From the NCBI GenBank assembly GCA_013416795.1, contig RQSC01000015.1, positions 719,369 to 783,368 on the forward strand: a DNA stretch of 64,000 nucleotides, written 5' to 3'. The stretch is from Prasinococcaceae sp. CCMP 1430. Lineage: Eukaryota > Plantae > Prasinodermophyta. The notes under the pieces are model-generated. The model had not been told where the DNA came from. It made no database searches and worked only from the letters and a program-made list of their open reading frames with translations. The stretch's first letter is position 1. Every line of letters begins with the position of its first letter. Shown piece by piece: positions 1-11,077 of the stretch. The translations under genes were made by a program, and so were the position numbers.

Positions 1-1
1 G

Positions 2-58
2 AAAGAGCCGGCCAAGAGCAAAGTGGACGCCGTCGCGGACGCCGCCAAGAAGAAGTGA
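2..58 (+). CDS. 3' end of a gene entering from the left (…KEPAKSKVDAVADAAKKK*)
   Basis: Coding-like codons ending in TGA at 56-58, with TGTAA at ~235 downstream. Confidence 0.4.
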   Translation, partial: KEPAKSKVDAVADAAKKK

Positions 59-607
59 TGCGCGCGGATTGAGGGCTTGGAAGAGGGAATCGAGGCGACC
101 ATGCACGGCCTCGCAGCTTCGCTCGAAGCTGACTACTGTAGAGATGACCACACGGGCCTTCTCATGAGCTGCCCGACTACGCGTTCGGCGCCGTGGAGAG
201 ATCGAACGGACAGAACGAGGAAGCGCGCGACAATTGTAAGATGCTGTCGTGCCCCGCATCGTGGCTGCCTTGCTGCTGCTGGCCAGCAGCGTGCTCGGCA
301 AGATGTGTGCACGCACGTGCGTGTGTGAGTGGAGTGAGGAAGGACGAGCACTTGCGCAGCCATCAATGTCGAAGAGCACGGCACGGTGCCCGCACGCAAA
401 TTCTGTCACTCATTTTTTCCGTCACTGCTTCTGAAATCAGCACGAACTCTATTGAGCCGCCGAAACCGAAGCGGAGCGAAGGGAAAGTTCAGGCACCTGG
501 GCAGGCACGCGCGAGAGCATGGAGCGATGTCGCAGCCGCCCGCGCGGCAGCTAAAGTGAGAGCGCGGCGTCTTTAGGATGCAGCCGGTTGAAGAGCGTAG
601 CGGCGAC

Positions 608-961
608 TCACTTGCCCGCACGCTTGGCGCCCTTTGTTGCCCCCTTGGACTTGCGGTGCTTCTTGTACGCGTCGAGGACCGCTTCGAAATCCTTCTCCTC
701 GACTTCGTCGCTGCCACGACTCTTGGCTTCGGCGCACGCAGCCGTGTAGAATGCCTCGAGGGCGGGGCCCAAGCTGCGCTCCAGCTCCGCCACCGCCGAG
801 GGGGACAGGGGGAGGCTCGCCGCCTTGGCGCACTCGACTGCGATCCCATGCACCATGTCCTCCACCGCCTCAGGCGTCTGCGCCGACCCGCCGGGGACGA
901 AGCGCCGCGGCGGCGCCGTCGCGCGCGCACTGCGCCGTGCTGCGGCCACCGACGCCACCAT
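608..961 (-). CDS. Small (117 aa) divergent histone-fold protein, H3-like
   Basis: ATG at 961. AARRSARATAPPRRFVPG resembles H3 AARKSAPAT..PHRFRPG. Helix-loop-long helix-loop-helix pattern V..IA….L….SAV..L…KD. Basic C-tail. Confidence 0.5.
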   Translation of the reverse strand: MVASVAAARRSARATAPPRRFVPGGSAQTPEAVEDMVHGIAVECAKAASLPLSPSAVAELERSLGPALEAFYTAACAEAKSRGSDEVEEKDFEAVLDAYKKHRKSKGATKGAKRAGK

Positions 962-1549
962 TGCGGGACCCCGCGGGTGCTGGCGGGGTCGCGCCCACGA
1001 CGGACGCGCTGTGGCCACGCCCGCCGCGCGCCTCCGCGCCGCCGCCGCCGCCGCAGAGCTTGAAAACGCGCTTCCCGCCCTTTTCCGGGTTGGAATCGCT
1101 CATTTGAGGGCAGCTCGCGCGTCGGAGAGGGTCTGCAAACACATCGGTCATGTCATGACCGGTCACCGGTATTGACAATGCGCGTCATCATTGCTATGGC
1201 GTGATGAAGATGCAGGGCATGAATGTTCGGGTGAGGTTTGAGGTTAGGGATAGGGTTCTAGTATTTGGTCAAAGTGCACGCGACGCGCGACCTGGGAGGC
1301 TCAGACGGACTGTACGAGCTGCGCCGTTACGATTTCCGGCAGCTTCCGGGCAGACAGTTGGCACAGTTGGCGGCGCGCGCGCCACGGCGCTCCCCCGGGA
1401 GCGCGGGGCGCGGAGGCCGCAGGCACACGGCGCGGCGCTGAGCGTGCGCGCGCCTGCGGCAACTCTTGCTCCGCACCCGTCGCCACGCGCGCGCGACTCG
1501 TGCGCGTCCTCGCGCGTGCCCTCGCCAGCTGCCGCGCCGGACGCACGGG

Positions 1550-2845
1550 ATGTGGCGCGCGGTCCGCGGCACCGTGGAGCGGATCACGAACAGCGGGGAG
1601 GGCGGCCAAGTGGTGGGCGAAGAGCTGGAGGGCGAAGAGCATGCTGCCTGCGTAGCGTTCATCACCGCCGCGGAGGTGGAGTCGCCCGAGGCATTTCCGA
1701 GCGCCGGGCCCGCCCGGATCATCTGGTCGTCGACGCATCAGCGCGAGGGAGAGTTCGGATGGCGCATGGTAGATGGCCGCCGGGCGTGCGCGGATCGCGC
1801 GCCGGCGCGTCCGCCGGTGATCGGAGAGCGATGCGTGGCGCCGTATGGAACGGAATTGAGACCTTACCTGTGGGACGCCGTCGTGAGGTCATACGATCCC
1901 GAGACTGCCAACGTCGACCTTGACTTCGACGATGGCGACTCATGCAGCGCAGCATGGGACGCGTGCCGTCTACCCCCGCTTGCAGATCCGCGCGGGCCGC
2001 CACAGGACGGGGAGAGCGTGATCGCGCCCATCTGCCGGTACTCGCACAACGACCGTACTGGCTTCGTGCGATACATGCGGGGAACGCTGCTCGGTCGCCC
2101 CGCCCGCTCGGAATACGACCAGCTGCTTTCTCGCACGGAGGAGGTGGAGGCGCTGCGGAGCCTCTTCATTCGCCGCGCAATGGAGCACCACCCTTACGAG
2201 CCTTGGTTGAGGGAAGCGAGCGCGTGGTTGGATGAGGAACGTGGTCACGCACGAGACGAGGACGAGGAGGGGCACGAGCCGCCCCAGAGCTCGCGTTCCG
2301 GCCCTGGCCCTATTTCCGACGAGCTGTACTCGCGCGCACGCGCGCTACTCGAGACACACTTCCCAGCGCACCTTTGCTGCCCGATCTCGATGGCCCCAAT
2401 GCGCGAGCCTGTGGTCGCCGCCGACGGGCACACGTACGACAGGACCAACATAGCGCGCTGGCAGCGCGCAAATCAAGGCGAGCGGGTGCGTTCGCCAGTG
2501 ACGAACGAGGTGTTGGCCTCGAACGAGCTCTTTCCGAACAACATGGCGCGTTCGGCCATTCACCAGGCCCTTGAGGCACTCGTGCTGGTGGGACGCGACG
2601 AAGACGAGGCATCGTCGCCTGTTGGATCCGGGCGGCCGCCTTCACAGCCGGTGCGCTTCGAGGATGCATCGGTACAGACCGTCGAGGCAGCGCCGGCTGC
2701 ACGCCGCGAACCGCGCCTCGCGCGCCAGGCGTCAGTGCCCCTACAGGCCAAGCTGCCGCCGCAGTATTCAGCACCTGCTGACGTCTTCGCCGCCAGCGCC
2801 GTCAAAACGGAGGGCCCTTCGCCGGGAATGGTGCAGGTCTCTTAG
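1550..2845 (+). CDS. U-box E3 ligase-like protein with Tudor-like domain(s)
   Basis: U-box HLCCPISMAPMREPVVAADGHTYDR..I..W…SPVTN..L.PN. Tudor-like GERCVAPY…WDAVV…VDLDFDDGD. Confidence 0.8.
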   Translation: MWRAVRGTVERITNSGEGGQVVGEELEGEEHAACVAFITAAEVESPEAFPSAGPARIIWSSTHQREGEFGWRMVDGRRACADRAPARPPVIGERCVAPYGTELRPYLWDAVVRSYDPETANVDLDFDDGDSCSAAWDACRLPPLADPRGPPQDGESVIAPICRYSHNDRTGFVRYMRGTLLGRPARSEYDQLLSRTEEVEALRSLFIRRAMEHHPYEPWLREASAWLDEERGHARDEDEEGHEPPQSSRSGPGPISDELYSRARALLETHFPAHLCCPISMAPMREPVVAADGHTYDRTNIARWQRANQGERVRSPVTNEVLASNELFPNNMARSAIHQALEALVLVGRDEDEASSPVGSGRPPSQPVRFEDASVQTVEAAPAARREPRLARQASVPLQAKLPPQYSAPADVFAASAVKTEGPSPGMVQVS

Positions 2846-3025
2846 TCCTTTCACATTAGTGCGAACGTCGCGCAGCAGCGTAGAGTAGACTAGTACTATG
2901 GGTGCATAAAGGTGCACAGCGGCCGCTGTGCGGATCAGTTCTCTTACTTGTGCGTGCGCTGGGCGGGAACAATGTCAAATACGGACGGACTGACGAATGC
3001 GATCTCCGTCGGCGCTGCGCGCGCC

Positions 3026-5800
3026 CTAGCCGTCGTTCTTTTTGTCCGTTGCCGTGGCCGCTTGTGGTTGCTGCCCGGCGCCGCCCAAATCAGCCAGCGC
3101 GGCGGCCTGCTCTGCCGAAATCTCCTGATCGAAGAAAGCCACTCGAGCCAGTCGGCCAGTAAAGACTCGCTCGGCGCTGAGGTCCGCTCGCGCGCACAGC
3201 GTGACGGGCCCGGACGGATCGATAGGGCCTTGGCCGAAAAGGCGCTCCACGGCGACGAGCTCTCCGTCAACGTACAGGTCGTGGCCAGCAAGGCCGTCTG
3301 CGCTGTTGCCTGGGCTAACGCTGGTCAGAAGCACGTGGTGCCATTCATTGTCCGAGAGAGCGGCATGGAAGCTCGTATCGCTGTCCATGAAGCGTGTTTG
3401 ATCTAGCAGGTCGCTCTTGGAGCGCGCCACGACGCGGACGCCTTCCAGCTGCCCCAAGTCGGTGCGCTTTGAGAGCACATTGATGTGGTTGGGCTGGAAC
3501 ACATTGACCATCACGTCGGAAGGGTCGAGCTCGCCGTGGGAAAAGAAGTACGCGAACGGGTTGAGCACCGGGTCGACGCCCTCTTCGGGCTCCTGCGTCC
3601 TCAGCATCATGGAGATGGCCCACGCGCCGCTCGAGCCGTACTCCACGTCGGGCAGCTCAGCGTACGTGTCGGCGGTGGCCCCGTCGAGTACACCGCCGCA
3701 GGAGAGCACCATACCCAACTCCTCGTCCTCCACCCATGCCTGGCTGTCAATGTCATCGGGTGCGACGGGCGAGCCCAAGAAGAAGACCTGGCCACTCGGC
3801 CCGCCGAGCGTGTCGCGGACGCTCGTCTGCCTTGCGGTGAGCCCGTCGTTGAGCGGAAAGAACGCCACGGGCCGCGGCACCAGAGCATCCTCCTCGGCAG
3901 GCGCGTAATCGTCTGTCCCGTCACTCTCGGCCACGTCGGCCCCAGCAGCGTCGTCGTCGTCGAGGATCTGCGCGGAGGCGCCGCAGACGGCGCCGTCCTC
4001 TTCGAAGGCAGCACACAGAAAGTTGGCGAAGAGGGAATCCGGATTGCCCCAGCCATCATCGCACACGTCGTCGTCCGGCTTGGGAGCCTTGCCCCCCTTT
4101 CCGACGCAGAAGCCGACGCAATCCATGTCCCCTTTGCACGGTTCCGGCTCCGAGTCGCCGCCGTCGTCGGGATCACCCCCCGGGTAGTAGTCGAAGTAGG
4201 AGCTGTCGTCGTCTGCGCCCGTGGCGCCATCGTCGCTTCCCGCCTCCCCGTCGCCGTCGGCGTCGTTGTTGTCCGAGCCGTCTATGCCGTCCAGGAACTG
4301 TTCCGATGGCGATATGAGAGACCACAGCGGGGCGCCGCTCGACGCCGACGGGATGTCCCACGCGTATCCGAGTGACCCGTAGTTAAATATCGACGCCGAG
4401 CAGCCGCCGCAGGGATTGGAGAACGTGCACGAATCGACAGTGCTGGTGACGCCGACCACTCTGCGGCTGCTGTCGGCGAAGAGGGGGCCGCCGCTCGATC
4501 CGCCCTGAACTGTGCCAAAGTCCCAGCCGGGGAACACCTGCCACAGGTTCCCAGCAAAGCTCCTCGTCGCGCCGGCGGCGCGGCGGCTGAGCTTCTTGTA
4601 GTCCCCTCTCGGGTGATGTATGGTCGTGACGCCCTGGTCGACCTCGGCGCCCGACACCGACGTCGACGTGTCGAAGCCATTGTAGTAGGGATCCGCGCTC
4701 TTCGGAAGACCTCCCTGCAGCTGGATCAGCGCCAAATCGGGATTGCCGTTGTGCCAAAGCACATCGATGCCCTGCGAGGTCACCCCAGTCAGGGGGCAGC
4801 CCGCGCTGCACTCGCGCTCCAGGCCGAATTGCGCCAGCCAGAAGGGGCTGCCGCCGCTGAAGCCGTCCACGCAGTGGTCCGCCGTCAGCGCGAGGAGCCT
4901 GCCCTCCCCCTCGGGATCGCGGATGAGACTCGCACTGCAGACGCTCCCCCCCACGATCAGCTTGAAGACCCCTCGCGACATCTCTTCCCAGCTGTCGCCC
5001 TCGTCGCACGTGATGTCGACCTGGCACTCCGCGGACTCGCACACCCGCGCGCTGGGCAGGCTCACGTTGCCGAGCTCGGTGTCGAAGTGGTGGACTACGT
5101 CGAAAAGCTCCAGCGAGGGCACGCACCCGGCGTGTGCGGCCCTCGGGCCGCGCACGTACTCGAGCAGCACCTCATCGCCGATGGTCTCCGTCAGGATGGC
5201 GCCCGCAGGCGGAGCGTCCGCGTCGGCCATCGTGCGCACGGCCGGGTCGCCGAGCATGGCGCCACCGGCCGAGTCCACGGCGGTAGCGAACACGGCGCCC
5301 CCACACAGCGACGCGTTCGCCATGCGCACGGTCAGCGCGATGGCCCCCGGCGAGCGCACCAGCAGGCGCAGCAGGGGCGGTGCTCCCAAATTCACGTCCA
5401 CGTCGTCCTGCCCGGCGGCGTGTGAGGTGCGGTTCCACTCTGCTGTGCTGCCATTGTAGAAAACCCAACCACCGGCCTGGAAGAGGTCGGTGCCGTTCGC
5501 GGGCAGCTCCAAGCCGTATCGCAGCGGCCGCCGCCCATCACTCTCCTTGACCGCCTCGGCCTCGGCTGCGCGCAGCGCGGCCGCGTCGAGCTGTGGCGGC
5601 AAGTCAAAGCGGGGCACGCTCTCCGCCCACGGCAGGCCGCGACGCGCCGTTGGCGATACCGCGCTCGGAGGTGCGCCGACAGCGTCCGCACCGCGCGGCC
5701 AGCGAAACACCGCCACCGCCAGCGCGAGCAGAAAGAGGGGGAGAGGGAGTGCCGCTGGCACCGGCGCGGCGCGGCCGAGGGCGCTGCGGCGCGCGGGCAT
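3026..5800 (-). CDS. Secreted trypsin-clan protease (lysyl-endopeptidase-like) with Cys-rich LNR-like repeat and C-terminal LamG/ConA-like domain
   Basis: Hydrophobic signal segment after ATG 5800. Triad motifs LTADHC, DLALIQL, GSSGGPL, plus IHHPRGDYKKLS. LamG motifs WHHVLLT, LYVDG, FTGRLARVAFFD. Confidence 0.85.
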   Translation of the reverse strand: MPARRSALGRAAPVPAALPLPLFLLALAVAVFRWPRGADAVGAPPSAVSPTARRGLPWAESVPRFDLPPQLDAAALRAAEAEAVKESDGRRPLRYGLELPANGTDLFQAGGWVFYNGSTAEWNRTSHAAGQDDVDVNLGAPPLLRLLVRSPGAIALTVRMANASLCGGAVFATAVDSAGGAMLGDPAVRTMADADAPPAGAILTETIGDEVLLEYVRGPRAAHAGCVPSLELFDVVHHFDTELGNVSLPSARVCESAECQVDITCDEGDSWEEMSRGVFKLIVGGSVCSASLIRDPEGEGRLLALTADHCVDGFSGGSPFWLAQFGLERECSAGCPLTGVTSQGIDVLWHNGNPDLALIQLQGGLPKSADPYYNGFDTSTSVSGAEVDQGVTTIHHPRGDYKKLSRRAAGATRSFAGNLWQVFPGWDFGTVQGGSSGGPLFADSSRRVVGVTSTVDSCTFSNPCGGCSASIFNYGSLGYAWDIPSASSGAPLWSLISPSEQFLDGIDGSDNNDADGDGEAGSDDGATGADDDSSYFDYYPGGDPDDGGDSEPEPCKGDMDCVGFCVGKGGKAPKPDDDVCDDGWGNPDSLFANFLCAAFEEDGAVCGASAQILDDDDAAGADVAESDGTDDYAPAEEDALVPRPVAFFPLNDGLTARQTSVRDTLGGPSGQVFFLGSPVAPDDIDSQAWVEDEELGMVLSCGGVLDGATADTYAELPDVEYGSSGAWAISMMLRTQEPEEGVDPVLNPFAYFFSHGELDPSDVMVNVFQPNHINVLSKRTDLGQLEGVRVVARSKSDLLDQTRFMDSDTSFHAALSDNEWHHVLLTSVSPGNSADGLAGHDLYVDGELVAVERLFGQGPIDPSGPVTLCARADLSAERVFTGRLARVAFFDQEISAEQAAALADLGGAGQQPQAATATDKKNDG

Positions 5801-7300
5801 GTCGCCGGCCGGCGCGTCGGCCCGAGGACCTGACCGACGCCCCGGCAGAGATAACAGAGGCGGCGAGCCGCTCACTGGAAAAATGCCCGCGAAAAGAGAC
5901 ACCGCCGCCGCTCTGCGCGCGCTAGGACCCACAGGCGCGCGCGCGCGGGGCCGCGAGCGCCGCGGCGCCCTCTGAGGGATCAGACGGAGGCGAATCCCCC
6001 TCCACCCCCCACTCTCACCCAACGCACGCGCCGGCCCTCTGCGCGCCCGACCGCCGCGCGCGCTCGCGTCGCGCGCGCGCGCGCGCGTGCGGAGCGCGCG
6101 CCGATGCCAGGCGGCGGCGCCGCCGGCGAAAGCTGGCATCCTCACGCAGTAATTCGGATCATCGCCTCGCCCAGTGCGGAAGCGCCCGGACGTCAACGCG
6201 CGCTCGCCGCGGCGCGTCTGGATCATTGTCCAGCTGTCCGCCCCCAGATTTTTTGTGCAGGGGTGCGAAGAGGCCGAGCCGCCGGACGGCGCGTGGGAGG
6301 GTGCGCACGCACGCTCGGAGGGCGCGTCCGCGACGGGCGAGCGATCGCAGATGCCGTGCAGTGGCCGTGGCGTCCGGCGGGTTTGACCTGTGGACCGCAC
6401 GCGCGCCGCATGGCAAACTTTCGAGTTTTTTGGCGCCTCCTCAGTACTTTGGGCCGGCGTGAGAGGTTTCCTCGCCGGCGACGGAAGCACCGGAGTTGCC
6501 GCATGACAGACGAAGACTACACGCAATGAATTGCAATGCGCGCCTGCGTGTCAATGTGTGTGTGTACCTGCGCGCGCGTGTGTGTCCCCCACTAAGGTGC
6601 GTTGGGTTGGGGGAGGGCGCGAGCGAGCGCCACTCTGCCTGCCTGCGCGAGATTGCTTCCCGTGCGCACCGTTTGACGCAGCGAGGAGCAGCACAGCGCG
6701 CAGCGCGCAGACGGCATCGCACGACGGAGACCGCGGCGCGGAGCGCTGGCACCCACGAGGCGGAGCGGCGGCGACCGGGCGAGGACCGGGTGGGGGAGGG
6801 GCGGGGTGAGGGGGTGCGTGGGCGACCAGCAGGCCCGCGCGCCCCACCATCCGCATCGGAAATTTCCCCTCGTCCCTTCCTTGTTCGAAACCAGCCTCCG
6901 GGCTTGCATGACCAACGCTGGACGTGCGGGCGCCACGACTCTCGGTAGCAGGGGCCGACACGCGCGCAGCTCCTGTCCTGATATCTGAGTCCTGACAGAC
7001 GATGGGCTGTTGCGCCTCGGCCCCCTCCGCGGGCAGACCAGCAGCGGCAGGGCAGACCGCGCCGCCACCGGCCTCTTTGCTCTCCATCGTCGTCTCGACG
7101 AGCTCCTTCCGATCCGCGCGGAGCTCTTTCAGGTCTGCGTCGACGGCGGGGGAGTCTGAGGTACGACTTCCTCGTCTGTGCGCCCGATTTGCGCCCGCGC
7201 TGACACACATACGCGCCCTCGCCGCCTCCCTCCTCACCGACAGCGCGATGTCGCCGCCTCCCCGCGAGCGTCCCTCGCAGCGCGCCTCAGGCGCTCCTTC

Positions 7301-8491
7301 ATGTCCGGCCGACTGCGGCGACCCGATCAGCCAAAGGATGAGGGCGCCGCCGTCGAGGCCCTCCGCCGCGAATTGGTCCGCCGAGGCGCGCTCGAGGACG
7401 ATGCGACGGCCTGGCACGGTGGAGCGCAGCCAATTGGCGCCGTGCTGCGAAGGTTCTTGCGCGCACGGAAAGGGGAGGTCGCCGCCGCCGCGGACATGTT
7501 CGAGCGGCAGGTCGAGTGGAGGCGAAGCCTCGGCGACGGCGGGGTCGATTCCATCGAGCGCTGGTTTGACTTTCCCGAGAAGGCGAGCGTGCGCGAGCTG
7601 TACCCTGCGGGCTATTTCAGGACGTGCAAGCAGGGCCGTCCGGTGTATTGCGAGCGTCTGGGCCGCGTGGACATCGAGGCGTTGGCCAAGGTGTGCTCCG
7701 TTGACCGGCTGGTGCTTTATCACGTGCTCGAGTACGAGTTTCTCATGCGGCACCATCTGCCGGAGCTGCAGGCGCGTCTGCCCGAGGAGAAGCGATGGGA
7801 GGTCTCGAGCACGCAGACCGTGACAATTCTGGATTTGGCGGGCCTCCACTTCGGCAACTTGAAGAAGTCCAAAGGCATGGCGCTCGACTACTTTCGTCGC
7901 GTGAAAGACATCGACAGGTGCGAGCATGATGGCTCGTTCGTGTTGCCTTGGATGGTCGTAGAAGTCGATAGCAAGCTGTGCGCTGACTCGCGGGCGTCTC
8001 TTTACTCTCGCACCGGCAGCGATTGCTACCCAGAAATGCTCGGCAGACTCCTCGTGATCAACGCCCCGTTCGCGTTTCGCGCGATTTGGTCTCTGTTGAG
8101 GCCCATGGTGCCGCGCGAAACGCTTTCGAAGGTTTCAATCCACGGGACGGACTTCGAAAAGGCGCTGCACTCGCTGGTCTCGCCCGCAGATCTGCCGCCC
8201 TCGCTGGGCGGAAGCGACGAGTCGCTCGAGCTGGGCACGTGCTTGAGCGACGAGTACCACGCCGAAACGCATCTGTGCGCAGACGAGGAGAGCGCTGATG
8301 CCGCCAGCCAGAGTCCGACGGGTACCGACGACGATGACACACAGCCTGTTCCCCCGCGGTCTCTTGGCCGCCGAGCGACCAAGATGGTCGTCAAGGTCGG
8401 TTCGATGCTGGCGTCACCCGTAGCAGCGCCCGCGGCGCAGGCAGCCTTCGTGCGGGGCATCGTTGAGCACGGCGCGCAGCACGACATCTAG
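7301..8491 (+). CDS. SEC14/CRAL-TRIO lipid transfer protein (intron 7918-8019)
   Basis: LRRFLRARK, GRPVYCERLG, TILDLAG and YPEMLGRLLVINAP motifs. Splicing the GT..AG intron gives DIDSDCYPE. Confidence 0.9.
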   Translation: MSGRLRRPDQPKDEGAAVEALRRELVRRGALEDDATAWHGGAQPIGAVLRRFLRARKGEVAAAADMFERQVEWRRSLGDGGVDSIERWFDFPEKASVRELYPAGYFRTCKQGRPVYCERLGRVDIEALAKVCSVDRLVLYHVLEYEFLMRHHLPELQARLPEEKRWEVSSTQTVTILDLAGLHFGNLKKSKGMALDYFRRVKDIDRCEHDGSFVLPWMVVEVDSKLCADSRASLYSRTGSDCYPEMLGRLLVINAPFAFRAIWSLLRPMVPRETLSKVSIHGTDFEKALHSLVSPADLPPSLGGSDESLELGTCLSDEYHAETHLCADEESADAASQSPTGTDDDDTQPVPPRSLGRRATKMVVKVGSMLASPVAAPAAQAAFVRGIVEHGAQHDI

Positions 8492-9071
8492 CTGCTAGAA
8501 AGAGCCACATGCTCGTTGTTGATCCTCTCCATCTAGCTTTCCAGAGCAGCGGCTGGACGTGCAGCAACAGAGTCTGCACACCCAGTACCGTGCACACTCA
8601 CCTTGCCCGTGGCGAGCCTCCCGTTCTGCTGCGCGGTGAGCAGCGGGCCGCCCTAAGTTTTGGTTCTGCGTGTAATGTTCGGGGTTGGAAAACGCGGACC
8701 CTACGCACGTCAGACCGCATGGCTCTCACCCCCATTTTCCAGGTTTTTTAGCGGGTTCCGCGCCCGCGCCGGAGGGCCTCCATGACCTCGAGTTCGAAAG
8801 TGCGATTCGAAAGCGGCGGCGTTCTGTGCAGCGTGCGCGCGCCGGCGCGCGCCATTGCGCGCGGGTGCGCCCCCCCCCACCCACCCCCCACCCACCCCTT
8901 CCGCTTCGCGAAGCGGGCCGCGCTCGCGCGGGGCGGGGCGGAGAAAGGAACCAGCGCGCAGCCACCTCCCGTCGATCGACTTCTCTACCACCACTTTGCA
9001 GCCCCCCCCTCCCCGTCCCCACACTCCGTTTTGTTGCCGGGCGGAGAAGGCGGGGCAGAGTACGCGCTGCG

Positions 9072-10783
9072 ATGGCGGCGGCGGTGTGCGAGTGGCCGGC
9101 CTCGGGCAAGCCGGACCTGGAATGGGTGCAATCGCTCGCCGAAGCGATGCTTGCGGCGAGCCAGGCACGGGGTGGCGGGTCGCTGTGCAAAACGCGCGGG
9201 CTCGCCGCGCGCGTGCCGTACGCCACCGCCGAGGCGCTGCTCTCAGAAGCGGCGTCGGCGCTCGCAAAGGACGCGACCGTCGTGGACGTGGAGGGGTACG
9301 ACGTGGACGAGGTGATCGTGGTGGGGGACACCCACGGGCAGTTTCACGATGTGCTACGTCTAATTGAGCTCAGCGGACCGCCGGGCGCGGGCTTCGCAGG
9401 CGCGGACGCGCGCGAGTGCGCGTCCGCGCGGCTTGCGGCAGACAGCACGCAGCGCATGCGCGTCGAAGGTGCGTACGCGGGTGAGGCGGCCGTCCCTGCC
9501 GCGAACGCGGTGGACACGGAAGCCGCGGTCGCTGCCGACATGGATGCAACGTCGGACTCGAGCTCGGACGACGAGGTCACCATCAACCCACGCCGGCGAG
9601 CGAATCCGCAGCAGCAGGAGCGACATGCTGGGGGCGGAGAGAAGGAGCAGGACCAGCTTGGGGCGGACGAGGGACAGGCGAGCGCTGCGCCGATCCCGGT
9701 GCGCAAGAAGACGCGCACGATTGTCTTCAACGGCGACTTCGTGGATCGCGGCGCGTGGTCCGTCGAGACGCTGCTGTTGCTATGCGCGTACCGGCTGGCG
9801 GCACCCGGGCGCGCCGTGCTACTGCGCGGCAACCACGAGTCCAAATTCTGCACGATGTGCTACGGCTTCAACACCGAGCTGGAGGCCAAGTACGGTTCGG
9901 ACGCCAAGGCGCTATACCGCCGTTGCCTCCGCGTCTTCTCCAATCTGCCTCTCGCGGCGCTCGTGGCGGGCAAAGCCCTCGTGCTGCACGGCGGTCTCTT
10001 CAGGGCACCCCCCAAGAAGTCGAAGAAGGCTGGAGGGAAGGGCGGCCGCAGCAAGCGCCACTACGCCGTGCAACTTGGCACGGTCGACGAGCTCCGTCGC
10101 GCCTCCCGCGGTGGGCAAGACCCTGACGGAGAGGGTGTGCGCGCGGTGGCCTCGGACGTGCTGTGGTCGGACCCCACGATGGATGAGGGCCTGGAGGAGA
10201 ACGACAACCGTGGCATCGGACTGCTGTACGGCCCGGACGCGACCAAGCAGTTTCTCAAGGTGAGGACGCTCGGGCGACTCGGGCCGACGCTTGCTCGCGC
10301 TCGCGCTTGCGATCGCGCTCGCGCGCCCTACGCTCGGCTTAAACCCCTCGCGCGCCGTACGCTCGGCTTAAACCCCCCAGCTGACCGCCCGCCCCCGCTC
10401 GAATCCACTCACAGGAAAACGACCTCAAATTGGTGCTGCGCTCGCACGAGGGGCCGGATGCGCGTGCCGACCGCGTGGAGGACGGCATGAAACCAATGGA
10501 TGCGGGCTTCACCGTCGACCACGACTGCGGCGAGGTCGGCAAGCTCTGCACCGTGTTCTCGGCGCCGTCGTACCCCCAGTTCCTCTCGCCGGGCGAGGAG
10601 CGCATCCACAACCAGGCAGCGTTCGTCAGGCTCACGGCCGGGACCGACTTCAGCGAGCCTTCGCCCTTTTCGTTCGATGCCGCCGAGCGGCCCGCAGCCT
10701 CGTGTTACTACGACCTCGTAGACGACGCCGAGACAGAAGCGGGCGACCTGGAGGACTCAGACTTGGATAGCGACTACAAGTAG
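9072..10783 (+). CDS. PP7: PP7-type Ser/Thr protein phosphatase (intron 10260-10414)
   Basis: GDTHGQ, GDFVDRG, RGNHE, HGG, SDVLWSDP and the PP7-typical RSHEGPDAR. Splicing gives FLK|ENDLKLVLRSHE. Confidence 0.9.
10320..10378. repeat. Two near-identical ~29-bp tandem units (cgcgcgcc.tacgctcggcttaaacccc) inside the PP7 intron
   Basis: Direct reading. Confidence 0.7.
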
Positions 10784-11077
10784 ACGCGTGACAGCTCCGA
10801 ATCTCGTCGGTCATCGCGGACGCCTGATCTTAAGGTGGTCGTGCCGATAACACTCAGGATGCACGCGTCCAGCGATGCGCCGTGCCGCAAGCGCCGATCG
10901 TGCGCAAGAGTGTGACAAAAATGATTTCATATAGCGGGCGAAGCGAGGTGGTGCAATGGTGTCCCGACGTGCTCCTGTCTGGACACCTACATGGCCCGGT
11001 CGCCGCGCCGGCAGCCCATGGAAGCAATCACTGGCACGCGCGTACGCTCGCACGGTGCAGAACGCCCCCACCCCAGC

